A stretch of 48,262 bases of DNA from Chroococcales cyanobacterium (GCA_038247275.1 JBBRVB010000001.1:1-48262); one strand, 5' to 3'. Shown: positions 19,226 to 29,054, numbered from the stretch's first letter. The notes: generated by a model from the sequence alone, not told the origin. Numbers and translations are program-made.

Positions 19226-19367
19226 CTCACATCTTGCATCAAAACACAGTTACTAGTGTTTTAGGGGATAGGGGATAGGGGATAGGGGATAGGGGATAGT
19301 TTTAGTGTGATTGAGTAAGTTTCGAGGCTATTTTCATCAGTTGTTGTGTACTGGTGCAAGATGTGAG
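19226..19367. mobile_element. MITE-like element (142 bp) with 16-bp TIRs and 4-bp TAGC direct repeats
   Basis: CTCACATCTTGCATCA ... TGGTGCAAGATGTGAG (15/16 complementary); TAGC at 19222-19225 and 19368-19371; internal (GGGGATA)5. Confidence 0.75.
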
Positions 19368-19499
19368 TAGCTGCAACTACGAATGAGGATCTAAAAATAG
19401 CTCAGTTTGTGTAACAACTATACTAGACTTAATTGGCGACTGCTTCGACTCGTTGGTGTAGCCGCGTTCGCAGCAGGTAATCGATTTTCATTTTTAGAT

Positions 19500-20738
19500 A
19501 TGAGCGTGAATGTATCCGTGCCAGCATCAGATCGGTTTGATTGGTTGTTTCGGGGTGTCACCGAGATTTTTCCCCATCAACCCCATTCTACCGATCCGGC
19601 GGAAAATATCGCCCACCGACTGGCTCTGACAGATCGACCCTTACGAGTCAAACTCGGGATCGATCCGACTGGTGCAGATATCCATCTAGGTCATAGTATT
19701 CCCCTGCGGAAGCTCAGATCTTTCCAAGATGCCGGACATACGGCTGTATTAATTATTGGCGACTTTACCGCCCGGATTGGCGATCCGACTGGTAAGTCGG
19801 AAGTCCGCAAACAATTAACGCCTGAAGAAGTTACTAATAATGCCCAAGCATATCTCGATCGGGTGCGCCCGATCCTCGATTTTGAGACTCCCGGACGCTT
19901 GGAAGTCCGCTACAACTCAGAATGGCTGTCTAAATTGGCACTAGGTGAGACGCTCGAACTCCTGTCCACGATGACTGTTGGGCAAATGCTCGCCAAAGAA
20001 GGTTTTGCTACACGGTACACCCAGGAGAACCCGATTTTCTTGCATGAATTTCTCTACCCCCTGATGCAGGGTTATGATTCTGTTGCCGTCAAAGCCGATG
20101 TCGAACTCGGCGGTACCGATCAAAAGTTTAATCTAGCTGTCGGGCGCGATCTCCAGCGTCATTTCGGACACCAGCCCCAATTTGGCTTACTGATGCCAAT
20201 TTTGTTGGGTACCGATGGCGTTCAAAAAATGTCTAAATCCCTCAATAATTATGTGGGTCTGGGGGAAGATGCGCTAAGTATGTACTCTAAGCTAGAGAAA
20301 ACGCCCGACAGCAGCATCAAAGATTATTTTACGCTCTTGACTGACTTACCACTCGACGGACTCCCAGACGACCCCAGAGCCGCCCAGAAACTCCTCGCCC
20401 TCGAAGTAGTCACTCAATACCACGGACCGGCTCAAGCAACTCAAGCTCAAGCCGACGCGATCGCCCTGATTACCAAATCGGGTCAACATGCCGGTGGCGA
20501 CAGTATCCCCGAATTTTCACTAGCGGCGGTGCCTTTTCCGGCTAGGGTATTCCAACTCCTGTCGGCTAGCGGCTTGTGTTCTGGGAGTAACGATGCTAAA
20601 CGTCAAATTCAAGGCGGTGCCGTCAAATTAGACGGACAACCAATTACCGATATCGAAGTCACCTATCCCGATCCATCATCATTGGTGGGTAAAGTGCTGC
20701 AAGTTGGCAAAAAGCGGTTTAAAAAGCTAGTTGATTAG
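19500..20738 (+). CDS. tyrS: Tyrosine--tRNA ligase
   Basis: [13 protein letters not shown] (HIGH-like), [15 protein letters not shown]-terminal S4 domain. Start set at ATG 19500. Confidence 0.97.
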   Translation: MSVNVSVPASDRFDWLFRGVTEIFPHQPHSTDPAENIAHRLALTDRPLRVKLGIDPTGADIHLGHSIPLRKLRSFQDAGHTAVLIIGDFTARIGDPTGKSEVRKQLTPEEVTNNAQAYLDRVRPILDFETPGRLEVRYNSEWLSKLALGETLELLSTMTVGQMLAKEGFATRYTQENPIFLHEFLYPLMQGYDSVAVKADVELGGTDQKFNLAVGRDLQRHFGHQPQFGLLMPILLGTDGVQKMSKSLNNYVGLGEDALSMYSKLEKTPDSSIKDYFTLLTDLPLDGLPDDPRAAQKLLALEVVTQYHGPAQATQAQADAIALITKSGQHAGGDSIPEFSLAAVPFPARVFQLLSASGLCSGSNDAKRQIQGGAVKLDGQPITDIEVTYPDPSSLVGKVLQVGKKRFKKLVD

Positions 20739-20773
20739 CATTTATTCACAGATTGCATCAAAACAGGGGGTAG

Positions 20774-20902
20774 TAAGTAACTGGACGAAATCAATTACAC
20801 ATTTAAAGAATGGGTGGAAATTGTTGTATTCCCCTCCTACCCTCTACCTTCTACCCTCTACCCTCTGTCTTAACTAGGAAATTTATTTTGTCCAACTACT
20901 TA
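20774..20902. mobile_element. Degenerate MITE-like element with TA-ended TIRs
   Basis: Left TAAGTAACTGGACGAAATCAATT versus right-end reverse complement TAAGTAGTTGGACAAAATAAATT (19/23); internal CTACCCT heptamers. Confidence 0.65.
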
Positions 20903-21573
20903 TGTCTAGTTCTTACCGAACATTCTTGAATCGAGCTTTAAGTCTTTTTCTCAAATCCAGTTGTCCACTATGCGATCGGGCGGCAACAGCAATTTTTTGT
21001 AAGTATTGTCAGCGTCAAATTCAAGAGTGCCAATTAGCTAATCCAGCCCAATATTGGCAAGGAGATTTGCCCCTATTTGCCTGGGGAAAATACGAAGGTG
21101 TAATTAAGAGATCGATCGGTAAATTAAAATACGACGGTTACCAATCGATCGGTGACCTATATGGTAAATGGTTGGGTGAAAGTTGGCAAATATCTTTACC
21201 ACTGCATAAAGTAACTAAATTAATTGCAATCCCCATTCCACTCCATCCTGAAAAACTTGCCAGTAGGGGCTTCAATCAGGCAGAATCGATCGCGCGAAGT
21301 TTTTGTCAAGTTACAGGTGCTAAATTAGATCTGAGTCTCCAGCGGACTCGATCGACTGTCGCTCAATTTGGACTGTCCAAAGTAGCACGTCAAGAAAATG
21401 TTGCCGGTGCATTTTCACTTGTCCATTCATCCCTAAAACCTGGTGACTCAGTATTATTGATCGATGATATCTACACTACCGGATCGACCGTGCGAGCGGC
21501 GGCATCAGCATTGAGATCGATCGAAGTGGATGTATGTGGTGTTGCTGTCATCGCCACTGGACGCGATCGCTAA
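20902..21573 (+). CDS. comF: ComF family protein (phosphoribosyltransferase-like)
   Basis: CPLC..C..C zinc finger, PIPLH..K..RGFNQA, LIDDIYTTGST. Confidence 0.9.
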   Translation: MSSSYRTFLNRALSLFLKSSCPLCDRAATAIFCKYCQRQIQECQLANPAQYWQGDLPLFAWGKYEGVIKRSIGKLKYDGYQSIGDLYGKWLGESWQISLPLHKVTKLIAIPIPLHPEKLASRGFNQAESIARSFCQVTGAKLDLSLQRTRSTVAQFGLSKVARQENVAGAFSLVHSSLKPGDSVLLIDDIYTTGSTVRAAASALRSIEVDVCGVAVIATGRDR

Positions 21574-21657
21574 TGGATCGCCAAACAGTTATTAAGATCG
21601 ATATGGCTCTCCAGCTATTTTGGGGGAAATAGTCACCATCAGTACGGGAGCCTAAGT

Positions 21658-23487
21658 TTAAGTCCCTAACATTTGTAACTGGTACAAGCTAGCATACAAA
21701 CCACTTTGGGTGAGTAATTCCTCATGAGTACCGGATTCAATTAAGCTACCTTGTTTGAGTACAAAAATTCGATCGACATTCCGAATTGTGGATAGGCGGT
21801 GGGCGATAATAATTGCCGTCCGATCGATAATTAGCCGATCCAAAGCATCTTGAATTAAGACTTCTGTTCCCACATCTAAACTCGCTGTTGCTTCATCCAA
21901 AACTAGAATTCGGGGATTGCGAATTACCGATCGCGCAAAGGCGATTAGTTGTTTTTGACCCGCCGATAAATTAGCCCCACGTTCTCGCAATTGGGTATCA
22001 TAACCTTGGGGTAGCTGGGTAATAAACCTGTCGATATTCGTTGATTTGGCTGCATGAATAATTTCCGCTTCGGTGTAACTTTCGCCTAAAGTGATATTCT
22101 CCCGCACGTTACCAGCAAATATAAATCCATCTTGCAAAATCACGCCCAAATAGCGACGGAGTTCGGCTTGAGGAATCTTTTTGATATCTACCCCATCCAC
22201 CAAGATTCGCCCCTTTGTTGGCTCATATAGACGGCAAAGCAAGCGGATAATCGAGCTTTTTCCTGCTCCAGTCGGACCGACTAGGGCAATCTTTTCACCC
22301 GGTTTGATGGTGAAGTCCAAATCGCGGATTACATAGTCATCATCTTTGTAGGCAAACCAGACATGCTCGAACTGAATTTCACCTTGAGCGGCACTATCGA
22401 TGTGGGTGAGATGGAGACTTTGAGCATCATCGATATCTTTAATTTCGATCCGCTCGTTGAGGATATCATTGATTCGTTCGACCGATGTAAATCCCGATTG
22501 AATTGCCGTGAATTTTTCTGCAAATTGTCGCAAGGGTTCAAACAATCTTTGGGCATACAAAATAAATGCCGATAATGTTCCAACATCTAGAGTTTTATCT
22601 AGTACCATCAAGCCACCTAACCACAGGACTGTGGCGATCGCGACTAATGAAATCCACTCTAGAGTAGCTGAAACTGCCGAGTCATGAAAGTTAGTTTTAT
22701 CGATCTCATTGATATAGCGATCGCGCACTACCCGAAATAGCTCGGCGTTATATTTTTCGCGCCGAAATAGTTGGACGACATTAATCCCAACGACATTTTC
22801 TTGAACCATTGAGTTGAGTTGCGACAACTCTTCACGACCGCGATAATTGGCTTTGCGATATTCTTGTTGAAAATAGATCACTAAGGCGGCGACTGGAATC
22901 AAAATGATTAATAACACCAGGGCAATTTGCCACTGAAGCATAATCATAAAATAAAGCATCACGAAGATTGAAAGCAGATCGCCAATAATCCCGATCGCGC
23001 CACTAGTGAAGACATCACTCAAAGCTTCAACATCGCTGGTCAAGCGCGTAATCAGCTTCCCCACTGGCGTGCGATCGAAAAATCGTACCGCCAAAGATGT
23101 GACCCGATCGAACAAGTCATTGCGAATGTCTGCGGTGATTTGCTGACCGATCCGTTGGGATGTGTAACCTTGAATTGCGGTCAACACTAGTCTAATTACA
23201 ACCGTCACCATCAGTAGCAAAGTTAGCGCATTTAATCCATCTAACATGGACAAACCACTGACAAAATCCCAGGTTGTTTCATTCCTAATTTTTGAGATTG
23301 CCTGACCAACAATCAACGGTTGTACTGCATTAGAAATTGCTAACGGGATCAACAACCCAAAAGATAAGAAAAATAACTTACCACTGCGACGAGCATAGGG
23401 TAACAATCGCAATAATAATCGCCAGTCATTATCGGGAAGTACTGGCGATTTGAGCTTTTGCCCGCGAGATTTTGTAGCGTTAGTCAT
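21658..23487 (-). CDS. ABC exporter, fused permease/ATP-binding protein
   Basis: TM domain, GPTGAGKS, LSAGQKQ, LVLDEAT, IAHRLST. Confidence 0.95.
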   Translation of the reverse strand: MTNATKSRGQKLKSPVLPDNDWRLLLRLLPYARRSGKLFFLSFGLLIPLAISNAVQPLIVGQAISKIRNETTWDFVSGLSMLDGLNALTLLLMVTVVIRLVLTAIQGYTSQRIGQQITADIRNDLFDRVTSLAVRFFDRTPVGKLITRLTSDVEALSDVFTSGAIGIIGDLLSIFVMLYFMIMLQWQIALVLLIILIPVAALVIYFQQEYRKANYRGREELSQLNSMVQENVVGINVVQLFRREKYNAELFRVVRDRYINEIDKTNFHDSAVSATLEWISLVAIATVLWLGGLMVLDKTLDVGTLSAFILYAQRLFEPLRQFAEKFTAIQSGFTSVERINDILNERIEIKDIDDAQSLHLTHIDSAAQGEIQFEHVWFAYKDDDYVIRDLDFTIKPGEKIALVGPTGAGKSSIIRLLCRLYEPTKGRILVDGVDIKKIPQAELRRYLGVILQDGFIFAGNVRENITLGESYTEAEIIHAAKSTNIDRFITQLPQGYDTQLRERGANLSAGQKQLIAFARSVIRNPRILVLDEATASLDVGTEVLIQDALDRLIIDRTAIIIAHRLSTIRNVDRIFVLKQGSLIESGTHEELLTQSGLYASLYQLQMLGT

Positions 23488-23608
23488 TGATGGAATAAAT
23501 AGTTGTACCCGCTGAGTATAAATAGAAGAATGATGCGATCGAGATCGGTTCGATCGCCATGTCTGAAGGCATTTATGCTAATGTTCATTACCGCAGCCAC
23601 GATCCTCG

Positions 23609-23630
23609 CTCGTGCAACGTACCGTAGGTA
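23609..23630 (+). repeat. 22-nt double mini-hairpin insert in a HIP1-like site
   Basis: TCG|CTCGTGCAACGTACCGTAGGTA|ATCGC; hairpins CGT-GCA-ACG and TACC-GTA-GGTA. Confidence 0.55.
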
Positions 23631-23711
23631 ATCGCGCTTAATTGCGTGCAATAGTTCTAGGATAACAGGTTTGACTGAGTGAGGTTTTCATCGCCGCCAG
23701 CTCCTGACTAC

Positions 23712-23752
23712 AAATTAGCCCCACCAATCCTGGCGATTGGTGGGGCTAATTT
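23712..23752 (-). terminator. Intrinsic terminator after the DUF4912 gene
   Basis: Perfect 18-bp stem AAATTAGCCCCACCAATC / GATTGGTGGGGCTAATTT with a 5-nt loop. Confidence 0.8.
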
Positions 23753-23787
23753 AGGGCTGTACGCAGCCAGCAATTAGTTAGCAATGG

Positions 23788-25041
23788 CTAAAACCATTTT
23801 TCAGCTACGGCTTCTGCTTTGGTGTTGGTATTCCGGGAGGGAGTCGATCGATCGAATGTCATGTGTACCGAACGTTGTTGTTCGCCATCTTTAGCGACAG
23901 CAACGATCGGATAATCGATATTGCCATCTTGGAAGGACATCTGGAACCGGAAGGTACCGTCAGGATTGAGCTTAATTTGTCGTCCACCGATCGAAACTAC
24001 CGCATCGGGTTCGGTAGCACCGTAGACGATCAGTTCGGCATCAGCAATCAACCAAAATTGACGCTGGCGTTCGCCGATCTCCATGCCGATCCCTGACATG
24101 CCGACACCGGACATATTCACGCCGGAAGCTGTCGGGAGTGCCCACATGCCAGCTCCAGATGGGAAGACAAAGGAACTAAGCGACTCTAGGGGTGATTGTT
24201 GCATCGAACCATAAAGCGAACCAGAGATCCGTAATGATTCGACAGCATCGGTCATACCAAAGATCCGCTCGTAAATCGCGCTTTGTTCGGTACCACTAAT
24301 ACCAGCCGCACCAGTCGCACTACTCACACCATCTTCAGATCCTTGAATGGTGGGCGGTACTAACTCGACAAAGGTTTGACCAACTAGTTCTTCTTCCCAC
24401 GGTACGGTGATGAAGATATCTTCGATCCAGTCAGAGGGGTAAACGGGCGGAATACCTACCGATGCCGATCTTGCCAGCACCAACCATCTCCCATCGCCAC
24501 AACGATAGCCGATATCGATCGTGTAATATCGATCGCTCACCGGGATGGGGAGATACCATTCACGCGCCATCTCATCGATCGGGTATTCTTGGATACTGTG
24601 AGGGCTTTGATCCTCTAAGTTGATGTCGGTGACATCATAAATCCGCAATGCCAATTGTTGTCCGCCGTGGTAGCGTAGTTCATTTTTGTGCTCGATGGGG
24701 ATGTCCCAGTAAGCATAAGCCCACTGTGGATCGCGAGGTAATAACACAATCCGGCTATCGCCATAACCGCTGGGTAAATCCCCCAATCCTTCATCGACTG
24801 CTACTAGTGCCGCAGCAGTAAGATCGACATCGACTCCGAGTTCAAATTTGCCTGCTTCCACTTCTAATTGTGCCTCCAGTGTTGTAGATGGAACCTGAGT
24901 AGACTGACTACTCTGAATTTTCTGAATTTCTTCTAGGAGTTGGGATTTCCGCATCCTGCTGTATCGAGACACTCCACAAACACTCGCCACGCGGCGGAGT
25001 TGTCTGAGTGTCATTTCTTCTAATGCATTGTCTGTCGTCAC
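23788..25041 (-). CDS. DUF4912 domain protein with Rho-N-like N-terminus
   Basis: LEEMTLRQLRRVAS...YSRMRKSQLL; LLPRDPQWAYAYWD; FWLIADAELIVYGATEPDA. GGAGGT RBS before the GTG. Confidence 0.88.
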   Translation of the reverse strand: MTTDNALEEMTLRQLRRVASVCGVSRYSRMRKSQLLEEIQKIQSSQSTQVPSTTLEAQLEVEAGKFELGVDVDLTAAALVAVDEGLGDLPSGYGDSRIVLLPRDPQWAYAYWDIPIEHKNELRYHGGQQLALRIYDVTDINLEDQSPHSIQEYPIDEMAREWYLPIPVSDRYYTIDIGYRCGDGRWLVLARSASVGIPPVYPSDWIEDIFITVPWEEELVGQTFVELVPPTIQGSEDGVSSATGAAGISGTEQSAIYERIFGMTDAVESLRISGSLYGSMQQSPLESLSSFVFPSGAGMWALPTASGVNMSGVGMSGIGMEIGERQRQFWLIADAELIVYGATEPDAVVSIGGRQIKLNPDGTFRFQMSFQDGNIDYPIVAVAKDGEQQRSVHMTFDRSTPSRNTNTKAEAVAEKWF

Positions 25042-25562
25042 GATCCGACCTCCGAATAATGTGAAGATAGTAAACTCATGGAATTTAGATCTACACTTGT
25101 TATCACTTAGTAAAGTTGCTATTGTCAGCCAGTCAATTACTGGACTGACGATCTTGAAGCTGTTTATTAAATTTCTAGAGTCTGCGGAGTCGATGGTATC
25201 ACTCGATCGCAGGTGACTAAATTGCGCTTTTTAAAAGTACATCTGTTAACTGGATTTACTAACTTCCGAACTGGTTATTGTTGGTTGGTAGTTATTAACA
25301 ATTGATGTTTCTAGGTACTATTTAACAAAACTTTGCCCTGGTTCGTCAAGGGGGGATCGCTGTTAATTTCTGGGGTTTAACGAGTTTACGTCATTTGGGC
25401 TGTAGTGATTGTCAAGAAACCATGACAATTACTAATGCTTCGATCTAGTGAGATCGGTTGTTGTCATAGCGAAGCGGCAAATGATATGTATCAGTGGGTT
25501 GTGATTTCACTTGGGAAGTTGTGTTAGTAGGCGAAGCGGCAAATGATATATACTAATTGGCT

Positions 25563-25746
25563 GCGATTCTCCTAGCGGAGGCAGAACCCGGATCTGGGGG
25601 TACCGACCCCCAGCCCCCCCGTTGAGGAGCGATTTGCGCTCGTCGGGTTCCCCGACGGTTTAGCAAATCAAGACAGCGGAACGCCGCTCCTCAAACTCCT
25701 CTGCGTAAGGTTCGACTTGTGAGTTGCGGAGTGCGGCATTCGCTCC
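25563..25746. repeat. Nested palindromic repeat cluster, including hairpin-family copy E (25628-25676, minus strand)
   Basis: CTGGGGGT-ACCG-ACCCCCAG; TTGAGGAGCG...CGCTCCTCAA enclosing GATTTGC...CGTCGGG-TTC-CCCGACG...GCAAATC-AAGACAG. Confidence 0.75.
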
Positions 25747-25918
25747 ATTCTGGACTTTAGTTGGAAGTTGCTAGGTAAGAATTACTCCTGGTTATAGCTT
25801 GTACTAATTTTGTCGATCGTACTGAACGCAACCGATCGTTACAATCAATCTATCCGCACTGTGCCTACGACAGGCTGTCGCCAACGGCTATCGCTCAGTA
25901 CAAGCTATCTACTATCCA

Positions 25919-25950
25919 CTATTCCCTATTCCCTATTCCCTATTCCCTAT
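25919..25950. repeat. Heptamer repeat (CTATTCC)4
   Basis: Read directly; just after the stop of the site-2 protease gene. Confidence 0.9.
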
Positions 25951-25958
25951 CCACATCT

Positions 25959-27497
25959 CTAGATATTTAGTAACTGGCGCAAGATGGCTGGGACGGGAAT
26001 TAGGGTGAGGATTAAGATAGTTAAGATGCCGACACCGAGGGCATCACGCCAGTGATTGAGGTCGGAGACATCATTGAGGGCGGGTTCGTCGATGGCGGGA
26101 ATGAGGGAAACAAAGATCGCCAAAAAGAGCAGATCGGTATTGCCAAATTCCGAAGATCTAAACCGAATTACGCCGAGGATGAAAAGGATTAGTTTGCTCA
26201 GTTGTGAGACGATCGCACTGGGCTTTTGACCGAACATGCCGTGGACGATGTAACCGCCATCAAGTCGGCGGAGGGGCATCAATTTGACGGTAATGACTAG
26301 GAAACTAATATAAGAAGCGATCGCAACTACATTCAAATCGATCGCTCGATCGACTGTAAATCTACTGCCCAATGCCAATTTACTCAATAATGTCAGGAGG
26401 ATCGAAAAGCGCGGATCGAAGGCGTGAAAGCTCACCAAGCTGGACTTGAGATCGAGGGGTACCGTTTGTGATTGGCTCAATCCCCACAGTAACAGTGGGA
26501 TGGCGATCGCCAGTCCGAAGATCGAAGCTCCAAACCCCAGATCGAACACTGCTTTACGGTTAGGAACGGGCGATCGCATTTGAACCAGACAGCCATAAGT
26601 ACCCGGCCAAAATGGGAGCGGAATAAAGTAAGGTGGATTGGTCTCGATCTGATAAAATCGTGCCACCAGATAGCGTCCAAAATCATGCAGTCCCAGGATC
26701 GAAATCATACTCAAGGAGTATGGTAATCCGGCGTGGAGAATCTCCCCAATGTCGCCTTGTGGCAACTGCGCTAATGCTGCACCAAAGTAGGTCGTCGGGA
26801 TGAGTGTTACTAGCAATAGACCGATCGCGAGTGCTTCATCCAACCACCGCCGCGATCCGGTAATTAGAGTTGGCTGGGGACGCGGTACGAGGGCAAAAAA
26901 GGGTTTCCCTGTCGATAAACTATATTGAAATAAAATAAAGAATCGATCGCCGAATAATTCTTCGACATTGTGCTTGAGCGTCGCATAAGCGGTATCTGGA
27001 TCGGTTCGCAATTTACCACGACACAACACGGCTTGCGGACGATATTCAATTTTTTCCAGAAAGAACACGTTCCAAGCAAAACAGGTCTTGAGGATTGCCT
27101 CTTCATGGGCTTCGATCGGGCGGGGGATAGTTGGTTCCGGTTCAGGGGATATTACGGCTGATGCTACTACCGATGGCGATAACACTGGTAGATCGTTCGC
27201 CGGGATTGCGGAATCGACTGGCGCAATTCTCGGCTCGAACGGTCGCGGTGTCGATCGTCGCCAGTCTAGCAATCGCCAATATAAAAACCAGCACATCGAG
27301 CAACCGGCAATTAAGACGGGCAATGGTGGAACTTGTTTACTCCAAGTCACTGTCGCCCCAGTCAACAAGGGCGGAATCATCAAGATCGCCCACAAGATCC
27401 AGATCGGCACTACAGTCAACTGACTGACAGTTCGATCCAGAATAATATATGTCAACACGCCCGCTAAGATTAAGATGAAGATTAAAGACAACCACAT
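25959..27497 (-). CDS. Site-2 protease (M50, EGY-like) homolog with degenerate active site
   Basis: PYFIP..GTYG, NRKAVFDLG and LDGG motifs are present, but HDFGR replaces HExxH. Confidence 0.85.
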   Translation of the reverse strand: MWLSLIFILILAGVLTYIILDRTVSQLTVVPIWILWAILMIPPLLTGATVTWSKQVPPLPVLIAGCSMCWFLYWRLLDWRRSTPRPFEPRIAPVDSAIPANDLPVLSPSVVASAVISPEPEPTIPRPIEAHEEAILKTCFAWNVFFLEKIEYRPQAVLCRGKLRTDPDTAYATLKHNVEELFGDRFFILFQYSLSTGKPFFALVPRPQPTLITGSRRWLDEALAIGLLLVTLIPTTYFGAALAQLPQGDIGEILHAGLPYSLSMISILGLHDFGRYLVARFYQIETNPPYFIPLPFWPGTYGCLVQMRSPVPNRKAVFDLGFGASIFGLAIAIPLLLWGLSQSQTVPLDLKSSLVSFHAFDPRFSILLTLLSKLALGSRFTVDRAIDLNVVAIASYISFLVITVKLMPLRRLDGGYIVHGMFGQKPSAIVSQLSKLILFILGVIRFRSSEFGNTDLLFLAIFVSLIPAIDEPALNDVSDLNHWRDALGVGILTILILTLIPVPAILRQLLNI

Positions 27498-27636
27498 GAA
27501 TAAAATTTCTAATTAATCGATCGAACCTGAAACTAGTTGTTGCCATCGATTTGCTAGAAGCACTCGTCACTCAGGCTTCAACCACAGCAGTCCTAGCAAT
27601 TGCTCACATTTAAACTCTTGTAGACCACGCGCTCTT

Positions 27637-28287
27637 ATGTCGCCAGCCAACTTGTCACATTCACCACTGTCAATTAAAACCCCCGTCGCCAAACCGCCAA
27701 CAGAGATTCTACCGGGGATCTTTGCTTTTCCCCCCAACCGCGATACCCTCGGTGGGACTGCTTATGCGATCGTCACTCCAAATGGCAATATCTTAGTTGA
27801 TAGTCCCGCTTGGAATGATGTCAATCGTCAGTTTATTCGCGATCGCGGTGGCATCAGCCAGTTGGCAATTACCCATCGCGGTGGCATCGGTCAGACTCTC
27901 GCGATTACCGCTGAATTTGAATGTGAAGTCATCGTTCAAGAACAAGAAGCCTACTTACTCCCAGGACTAAAAGTTACTACTTTCCAGCACAAAATTAGTA
28001 TTAACGATAGCATACATGCAATTTGGACTCCTGGACATTCGCCGGGATCTTTTTGTCTTTATGATGCTGGATCTGGTGGCGTACTATTTACTGGTCGGCA
28101 TCTATTACCAGACCATTTGGGCGCGGCTGTGCCCCTGCGTACTTCTAAGACTTTCCATTGGCCCCGTCAACTTCGCAGTGTCGCCGCCATCTGGCAACAG
28201 TTTCCCGATCGACAACCACTCAAATATATCTGTCCGGGTGCGAATACTGGGTTGTTGCGCGGTCGGGGCACGATCGCCATCTCTTGA
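27637..28287 (+). CDS. MBL-fold metallo-hydrolase-like protein
   Basis: FPPNRDTLGGTAY, NILVDSP, ITHRGG, WTPGHSPGS, LFTGRHL. Confidence 0.85.
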   Translation: MSPANLSHSPLSIKTPVAKPPTEILPGIFAFPPNRDTLGGTAYAIVTPNGNILVDSPAWNDVNRQFIRDRGGISQLAITHRGGIGQTLAITAEFECEVIVQEQEAYLLPGLKVTTFQHKISINDSIHAIWTPGHSPGSFCLYDAGSGGVLFTGRHLLPDHLGAAVPLRTSKTFHWPRQLRSVAAIWQQFPDRQPLKYICPGANTGLLRGRGTIAIS

Positions 28288-28421
28288 AATTTCCGATCGA
28301 TTGCTGGCGATTACTTACTCTTCATTTTGGGGATGAATCCAATACCAGTTCCTAATTCTGCTAGAGTAAGTAAGATCTGGCGATTGCTAGATTTTTTACT
28401 TTTGATTTTAAGGAACTCGTT

Positions 28422-28547
28422 ATGGACTTCGACTTTCGGCTTTTGATCGTTTTGGCACCTCTAGCTGCTGCTGCTGGTTGGGCTGTTTTTAATATTCTCC
28501 CAGCCGCACTCAGACAAATTAAAGAACTTTTGCGCGACAAAGGCTAG
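28422..28547 (+). CDS. psbY: Photosystem II protein Y (not in the ORF track)
   Basis: Manual translation MDFDFRLLIVLAPLAAAAGWAVFNILPAALRQIKELLRDKG*; AAGGA RBS upstream. Confidence 0.92.
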   Translation: MDFDFRLLIVLAPLAAAAGWAVFNILPAALRQIKELLRDKG

Positions 28548-28670
28548 TAGCAAATCGCTACTACCATAGATGAGTAATTGAATGGTGCCATTAATGCCAT
28601 CATTCTTACAGTATCCCAGCCTTCAGACGAATCTATATTGTTATCGATTCAGGCGATCGCGCACCAGATC

Positions 28671-28889
28671 CTAGCTGCTAAAAGCCTCTAACTGGTCGAG
28701 TCGGAGCCAAATATTCGGTGTTGGAACTTGCCCGAATTTAACTAGCGCGTAGTCACCTCGGAGATCTAACACCTCACCTTTGGTTTCAAATAAATATTTG
28801 GGAAATCTAGCATCACTAGCTTTAGCTTCGAGGCTATTTGCCAGCATACTTGCGATCGCGCGCACGGAATCTCCTTTTTTGACTGACAT
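28671..28889 (-). CDS. ndhO: NAD(P)H-quinone oxidoreductase subunit O
   Basis: KKGDSVR...[23 protein letters not shown]...[14 protein letters not shown]. Confidence 0.95.
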   Translation of the reverse strand: MSVKKGDSVRAIASMLANSLEAKASDARFPKYLFETKGEVLDLRGDYALVKFGQVPTPNIWLRLDQLEAFSS

Positions 28890-28895
28890 AATTTG

Positions 28896-29050
28896 GGGAA
28901 TAGGGAATAGGGAATAGGGAAAGAGAAACTAGGCTCTATGGTGAATCTGCATGTAAACACCTAATACCTAGCATTAATTCTACATGTAAAAGCCGAATAC
29001 CTACAGCCGAACATCTAAAGCCTAATCCCTATTCCCTATTCCCTATTCCC
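28896..29050. repeat. Inverted pair of (GGGAATA)n / (TATTCCC)n arrays
   Basis: 28896-28920 and 29026-29050 are perfect 25-bp reverse complements. Confidence 0.9.
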
Positions 29051-29054
29051 TAGT

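Noticed and set aside
25469-25549. 19-bp direct repeats as a mini-CRISPR
   Set aside because: Only two copies, too short, and the downstream flanks are also similar, so a degenerate duplication fits better.
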